A DNA stretch of 48,009 nt from an uncultured Rikenellaceae bacterium (GTDB lineage: Bacteria > Bacteroidota > Bacteroidia > Bacteroidales > VadinHA17), in the NCBI GenBank assembly GCA_964446435.1, contig CAYUOS010000002.1, forward strand, positions 1 to 48,009, given 5' to 3'. This document shows, in pieces, positions 43,442 through 48,009 of this stretch (the stretch's first letter is position 1; each line of letters opens with the position of its first letter). The notes under the pieces were generated by a model. The model saw only the letters and a list, made by a program, of their open reading frames with translations, did not search any database and was not told where the DNA came from. A program made the position numbers and the translations under genes.

Positions 43442-43678
43442 ATGAATACTAAAGAGTTTTTTCTGAAATACAGGGTTGTGATATTAACCACACTTGCCGG
43501 TTTGGTTGCAGGTTTTCTTTACTGGAAATTTATCGGGTGCCTGTCGGGGACATGCCGAATAAAGTCGGTGTGGTATCTCAGTACCCTCTATGGGGGTATT
43601 ATCGGGTATCTTGCAGGCGACATCGTGATGGGCATAGTCAGGTGGGCAAAAAAGAGGCGTCATTCCCTCAATGAATAG
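43442..43678 (+). CDS. small two-helix membrane protein with GCxSGTC motif (DUF6132-like)
   Basis: 78 aa from the ATG at 43442. It has two hydrophobic helices flanking FIGCLSGTCRIKS. The family assignment is from memory and was not verified. Confidence 0.55.
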   Translation: MNTKEFFLKYRVVILTTLAGLVAGFLYWKFIGCLSGTCRIKSVWYLSTLYGGIIGYLAGDIVMGIVRWAKKRRHSLNE

Positions 43679-43773
43679 CATCTGTTGAAATATTTTGTCA
43701 AAGCACTCTCATGATTTTTCGGGGATATTTGTAATTTGCGGTCTGATGACCAAAATCAAATAACCCTGAAAAA

Positions 43774-45264
43774 ATGAGAACCAATCGGAGAGATTTTCTA
43801 AAGGCGGCGACCGTCGCGGGCGCCGGGGCTATGGCGGGCCCTGCATTAGCTGGATGTGCTTCCGGCGATAAAAAAACAAATCTTCATGAAATAAAAAAGG
43901 CTGCGGGGCGTGCATACAGGCAACGATTCAATATGTGCGGCTTTTCAGCAGATCCTCTCTCAAAGGTTCGAGTGGGGTTTATCGGCCTTGGCGACCGCGG
44001 AAGCGGTGCGGTAACCCGGATGACCAGGATTGAAGGCGTTGAGGTTACTGCATTGTCTGACCTGCGTCAGGCTGCTGTTGATTTCTCGCAGCGCGACCTT
44101 CAGATTTTCGGTCTCCCGCAGGCAAGGGAGTTCGCCGGAGATGAATATTCATGGAAAGGTCTCTGCGAAATGGAAGATGTTGACCTGGTGTATATCTGTA
44201 CACCATGGGAGTGGCATACTCCGATGGCTGTCTATGCCATGGAACATGGTAAGCACGTTGCAGTTGAAATACCCGCAGCGGTGACGGTTGATGAGGCATG
44301 GCAACTGGTCGAGACCTCGGAAAGAACCCTCAGACATTGCATGATGCTGGAAAACTGCTGCTATGATTTCTTCGAGATGCTTACCCTGAATATGGCGCGA
44401 CAGGGAATGTTCGGTGATCTTATTCATGGTGAAGGTGCCTATATTCATAACCTGATGGGATACAATTTCAAGAAGCCGATCGATGATCGTCAGAGTGATG
44501 GCGCCTATACAGGTATGTGGAGGCTTAAGGAGAATGCTTCAAGGAACGGAAGCCTCTATCCAACCCACGGACTTGGGCCGATTGCCCAGATGATGAATAT
44601 TAACCGTGGCGATCAGATGGAATATCTCTCCTCAATGTCAACGAATGATTTTGGAATGTTGCAGAGAGCCAATGAACTTGCAGCCTCCGATGACTTTTAT
44701 GCAGAATTCGCCAACCGGAGCTACAGGGGTAATATGAATACCACCCTTATCAGGACGGCTCTTGGCAGAACAATAATGGTGCAGCACGATGTTACAAGCA
44801 TCAGGCCATATTCGCGCATTCATCTTATCAGCGGTACCCTCGGGATGGCTGTAAAGTATCCATCCGAAAGGATTGCCCTTGGACATTCATGGGTAAGGAA
44901 TGAAGAACTTGCCATACTGCGCGAGCAGCACGCTCCTGAGATCATAAAAAGGGTAGGAGATATGGCAAAGCAGGTGGGCGGCCACGGTGGAATGGACTTT
45001 ATAATGGACTGGAGGCTTATTGATTGTCTTCGCAATGGTCTTCCTGTTGATCAGGATGTATATGATGCTGCTCTCTGGAGTGTTGTTGCGCCGCTTAGCG
45101 AGTGGTCAGTGGCAAACAGATCTGCTTCTATCGACATTCCTGACTTTACCTGCGGGGCCTGGAAGACAAACAAACCTCACGAGATAAATCTCGAAAGTGG
45201 AGGGACTACAGCCGTTTTACAGCTTGAAAGAACAGGAGGTGCCCGTCAGTTGGATGTAAGGTGA
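43774..45264 (+). CDS. TAT-exported Gfo/Idh/MocA-family NAD-dependent enzyme, GH109-like (alpha-N-acetylgalactosaminidase family)
   Basis: 496 aa. It has the twin-arginine signal RTNRRDFLKAATVAGAGAMAG..LAGC and the Rossmann motif VRVGFIGLGDRGSG. The overall layout matches GH109 enzymes. Confidence 0.75.
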   Translation: MRTNRRDFLKAATVAGAGAMAGPALAGCASGDKKTNLHEIKKAAGRAYRQRFNMCGFSADPLSKVRVGFIGLGDRGSGAVTRMTRIEGVEVTALSDLRQAAVDFSQRDLQIFGLPQAREFAGDEYSWKGLCEMEDVDLVYICTPWEWHTPMAVYAMEHGKHVAVEIPAAVTVDEAWQLVETSERTLRHCMMLENCCYDFFEMLTLNMARQGMFGDLIHGEGAYIHNLMGYNFKKPIDDRQSDGAYTGMWRLKENASRNGSLYPTHGLGPIAQMMNINRGDQMEYLSSMSTNDFGMLQRANELAASDDFYAEFANRSYRGNMNTTLIRTALGRTIMVQHDVTSIRPYSRIHLISGTLGMAVKYPSERIALGHSWVRNEELAILREQHAPEIIKRVGDMAKQVGGHGGMDFIMDWRLIDCLRNGLPVDQDVYDAALWSVVAPLSEWSVANRSASIDIPDFTCGAWKTNKPHEINLESGGTTAVLQLERTGGARQLDVR

Positions 45265-45266
45265 AT

Positions 45267-46928
45267 ATGGAACCAACCTTTTACCCCAAGACCTTTTCAT
45301 TACTTCGGGCAGGTGCCTATAATCCAGGGCAGGTAAAGACCGATATTCTTTCAGGAATAATAGTGGGCGTACTGGCACTTCCGCTTGCCATTGCATTTGC
45401 TATAGCATCGGGCGTGTCTCCCGAGAGAGGGTTGATTACTGCTGTTGTTGCCGGAATTCTGATATCCTTTCTTGGTGGCAGCCGGGTACAGATTGGAGGC
45501 CCCACGGGTGCATTTGTGGTTATTGTATTCGGGGTGGTACAGAACTATGGACTCGAGGGCCTCATAATTTCCACTATACTGGCAGGATTAATACTTGTTG
45601 CCTTTGGGCTGCTGAAACTCGGGACTCTGATCAGGTTCATACCCATTCCTTTGGTAGTTGGATTTACAAGCGGAATAGCGGTAATAATATTTACATCACA
45701 GATAAATGACTTTCTCGGACTGGGATTGGAGAAGTTGCCTTCGGAGTTTACAGGTAAATGGATCCTTTACTTCGGAAGCCTCGACCATATCAATTTTGTG
45801 GCTGTCGCCATCGCGGTTGGTACTCTGCTTTTAGGAATATACTCCAAAAAGATTACCACAAAAGTGCCCGGGGCCTTCATTGCCATTATTGTCATGACCC
45901 TGGTGGTGCAGTTGTTCAGGCTTCCGGTACAGACCATTGAAACACTTTATGGCTCTATACCCCGTTCTATTGGATTTGCTGATTTGTCAGGCTTCAGGCC
46001 CGGAAACCTGGTAAACTACATACAACCGGCAGTTACAATAGCCATGCTGGGGGCAATTGAGTCACTACTGTCGGCTGTTGTGGCCGACGGTATGATTGGT
46101 TCAAAGCACAGGTCAAATACTGAGCTTATTGCACAGGGGATTGCCAACATCGCATCAGGAATCTTTGGCGGTATTCCGGCTACAGGTGCAATAGCCAGGA
46201 CTGCAACAAATGTGAAAAACGGAGGAAGGACACCTATAGCAGGAATCGTTCATGGGGTTACACTTCTGCTGATAATGCTGTTTTTCGGTAAGTATGCAGT
46301 CAAGATTCCCATGGCCTGCCTGGCCGGCATTCTTATGGTAGTTGCCTACAACATGAGCGAATGGAGATCGTTCGTTTCTATATTGCGGGGATCGAAGTAT
46401 GATATGATTGTTCTTCTGGTTACCTTTTTTCTGACTGTACTGGCAGACCTCACGGTTGCCATACAGGTTGGAATGATACTGGCAGCCCTGCTGTTCATGC
46501 AGCGCATGTCGAGTATGGGTGATGTCAGGCTTATTGAGGGAGAGGGAGAAGGAGATGGAATGGAAGACTATTCTGCACTTCCGAAAGGAATTGTAGTCTA
46601 TGAGATCAACGGGCCTTTCTTCTTTGGAGCGGCAAACCGTTACAAGGAGGTGCTGCGGGAGGCGGGCATAAAGGCAGAGATGCTTATACTGAGAATGAGA
46701 AACGTTCCCTTCATAGATGCCACCGGCATGCACAATTTCAAGGAGGTGCTTAAGACTCTGAATGACTATAAGGTAGAAGTGGTTTTGTCGGGCGTAAGGC
46801 CTGAAGTTGAGAAAGAATTGCTTGATGCAGGGGTTGAAAAGTATATTCCACGGGAGAATATATGCTCTGCATTCGATCTGGCTCAGAAAAAGGCCGTGTC
46901 AGATATGAAAGCCCAGCAATCTGGATAA
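45267..46928 (+). CDS. SulP family anion transporter with C-terminal STAS domain
   Basis: About 553 aa, polytopic, with GIIVGVLALPLAIAFAIASGV and GIPATGAIARTATN. An acidic EGEGEGDG linker precedes the STAS domain. An alternative GTG start at 45261 overlaps the upstream stop (GTGA). Confidence 0.85.
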   Translation: MEPTFYPKTFSLLRAGAYNPGQVKTDILSGIIVGVLALPLAIAFAIASGVSPERGLITAVVAGILISFLGGSRVQIGGPTGAFVVIVFGVVQNYGLEGLIISTILAGLILVAFGLLKLGTLIRFIPIPLVVGFTSGIAVIIFTSQINDFLGLGLEKLPSEFTGKWILYFGSLDHINFVAVAIAVGTLLLGIYSKKITTKVPGAFIAIIVMTLVVQLFRLPVQTIETLYGSIPRSIGFADLSGFRPGNLVNYIQPAVTIAMLGAIESLLSAVVADGMIGSKHRSNTELIAQGIANIASGIFGGIPATGAIARTATNVKNGGRTPIAGIVHGVTLLLIMLFFGKYAVKIPMACLAGILMVVAYNMSEWRSFVSILRGSKYDMIVLLVTFFLTVLADLTVAIQVGMILAALLFMQRMSSMGDVRLIEGEGEGDGMEDYSALPKGIVVYEINGPFFFGAANRYKEVLREAGIKAEMLILRMRNVPFIDATGMHNFKEVLKTLNDYKVEVVLSGVRPEVEKELLDAGVEKYIPRENICSAFDLAQKKAVSDMKAQQSG

Positions 46929-46942
46929 GCTTCTGCAAGTTG

Positions 46943-48009
46943 TCAGTAGCCTGCAGCCTGACCATCCTTTCGCGACTCTGAGGCCCCGTAAAAGACCTTG
47001 TTTTTTTCGTCCCACATAATAGCCTGATAGCCTCCGTAGCTGCCGAGGCCCCACTGAATCTTATGTCCCTTTCTGAGCAGAGACTGTATCTCTTCCCACC
47101 TGAATCCGCTCTCAAGGTAAAGTGTCCCTCCGTCGGTCATAACCTCTCCGGTCGGTGCTGAAGAGCCGGAGTGGAAAATCCTGGGAGCATCACCGGCTTC
47201 CTGGAGATTCATTTTGAAGTCGATAAGGTTAACAATTATCTGAACATGGCCTTGTGGCTGCATGTCTCCTCCCATCACCCCGAAGCTTATCCATGGCTTG
47301 CCGCCCCTGGTTATGAATGCCGGTATTATGGTGTTGAAAGGTCGCTTGCCCGGAGCATACACATTGTTGTGCCCTTCACTCAGACTGAAAAGCTCTCCCC
47401 GGTCCTGAAGCACAAAGCCGAGTCCGGGAGGACACATTCCCGAGCCCATCCCCCTGTAGTTGCTCTGTATCAGCGAAACCATATTACCGAACTTGTCTGA
47501 TACGGTAAGATAAATTGTATTGTCAGAGTCAAATTTTCCGGCATCATATCTCGATGCAGCCCTGTCTCGGTTTATCAGTTTCCTTCTTTCGGAGGCGTAA
47601 CTTTTACTGATAAGTTGCTGTACCGGCAGGTTTTTTACGAAAGCCATATCGGCGTAGTACTTTGCACGGTATTCAAAGGCAAGCTTTTTGGCGTCGGTAA
47701 GCACATGAATATATTCAGCACTGCCGAATCCCATTCTTTCGATATCGTATCCTTCAAGTATGTTCAGCATCTGAAGGGCTGCTATTCCCTGACCATTGGG
47801 CGGAAGTTCCCATACCTCGTAACCCCTGTATGTAGTGCTGACGGGTTCAATCCATTCAGACCGGTGCCTGGCCATGTCATCGTAAGTCAGGAACCCACCC
47901 TGGCTCTTCATGAAGTCTGCTATTGTACGCGCAATCGAACCCCTGTAGAATTCGTTTCTTCCACCCTTTGCAAACCTTTCGAGTGTATTTGCCAACTGAG
48001 GATTACGGA
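46943..48009 (-). CDS. ggt: gamma-glutamyltransferase, C-terminal roughly 355 codons (5' end beyond the window)
   Basis: The frame stays open to the window edge; the ORF-track M at 47995 is an internal TTG. It carries the autoprocessing and nucleophile region SDNTIYLTVSDKFGNMVS and the small-subunit motifs MGGDMQPQGH and ESRKDGQAAGY. Confidence 0.85.
   Translation of the reverse strand, partial: RNPQLANTLERFAKGGRNEFYRGSIARTIADFMKSQGGFLTYDDMARHRSEWIEPVSTTYRGYEVWELPPNGQGIAALQMLNILEGYDIERMGFGSAEYIHVLTDAKKLAFEYRAKYYADMAFVKNLPVQQLISKSYASERRKLINRDRAASRYDAGKFDSDNTIYLTVSDKFGNMVSLIQSNYRGMGSGMCPPGLGFVLQDRGELFSLSEGHNNVYAPGKRPFNTIIPAFITRGGKPWISFGVMGGDMQPQGHVQIIVNLIDFKMNLQEAGDAPRIFHSGSSAPTGEVMTDGGTLYLESGFRWEEIQSLLRKGHKIQWGLGSYGGYQAIMWDEKNKVFYGASESRKDGQAAGY

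Noticed and set aside
46536-46563. A purine-rich low-complexity DNA run (GAGGGAGAGGGAGAAGGAGATGGAATGG).
   Set aside because: It is in frame within the SulP gene and encodes the acidic EGEGEGDGME linker between the membrane domain and the STAS domain. It is not an independent repeat element.
1-48009. A search for mobile elements, defence-system hallmarks and prophage genes.
   Set aside because: I recognised no integrase, transposase, reverse transcriptase, restriction or helicase-nuclease gene, no toxin-antitoxin pair, and no flanking direct or inverted repeats. The only ABC-type ATPase is canonical uvrA. By eye the window looks compositionally uniform apart from the repeat at 1..157.

Overview
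This densely coding 48-kb stretch reads as core chromosome of a Bacteroidota bacterium. That assignment is an inference from four things: many TAnnTTTG -7 promoter boxes, A-rich leaders without Shine-Dalgarno sites, the tmk / MauE-DoxX (BT_3928-like) / tpiA / prmA and folP-cdaA neighbourhoods, and a TAT-exported GH109-like enzyme. I call 44 protein-coding genes. One of them, ggt, is cut by the right edge of the window. I found no rRNA, tRNA, CRISPR array, transposase, integrase or phage gene.

Content falls into four groups:
- Housekeeping: uvrA, rsmE, prmA, tpiA, tmk, folP, cdaA, murB, mltG, cls, ssb, yggS.
- Peptide and amino-acid scavenging: an S9 DPP-IV-like peptidase, two tandem M28 paralogues, iorAB, ggt and a serine hydrolase.
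- Envelope thiol-redox proteins: a TlpA-like protein, a DUF255-like thioredoxin and a MauE/DoxX protein.
- Exported or outer-membrane proteins of unknown function.

I do not see a convincing new multi-gene system such as a defence island. The best leads are these:
1. A GC-rich 52-bp tandem array cut by the left window edge.
2. A 1496-aa exported protein with no motif I recognise, embedded in an otherwise housekeeping 8.8-kb operon.
3. An exported ankyrin-repeat protein with a beta-barrel-like C-terminus, overlapping a small lipoprotein gene by 10 nt.
4. A 301-aa protein built from an internal duplication carrying EPENPFY.
5. An ECF sigma factor followed by a small acidic non-membrane ORF whose start is buried in a hairpin.
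6. Iterated CGTTT motifs in the ssb / Zn-ribbon divergent promoter region.

Promoter boxes were also used to correct several ORF-track start codons. All functional calls rest on motifs read by eye; no database search was run.
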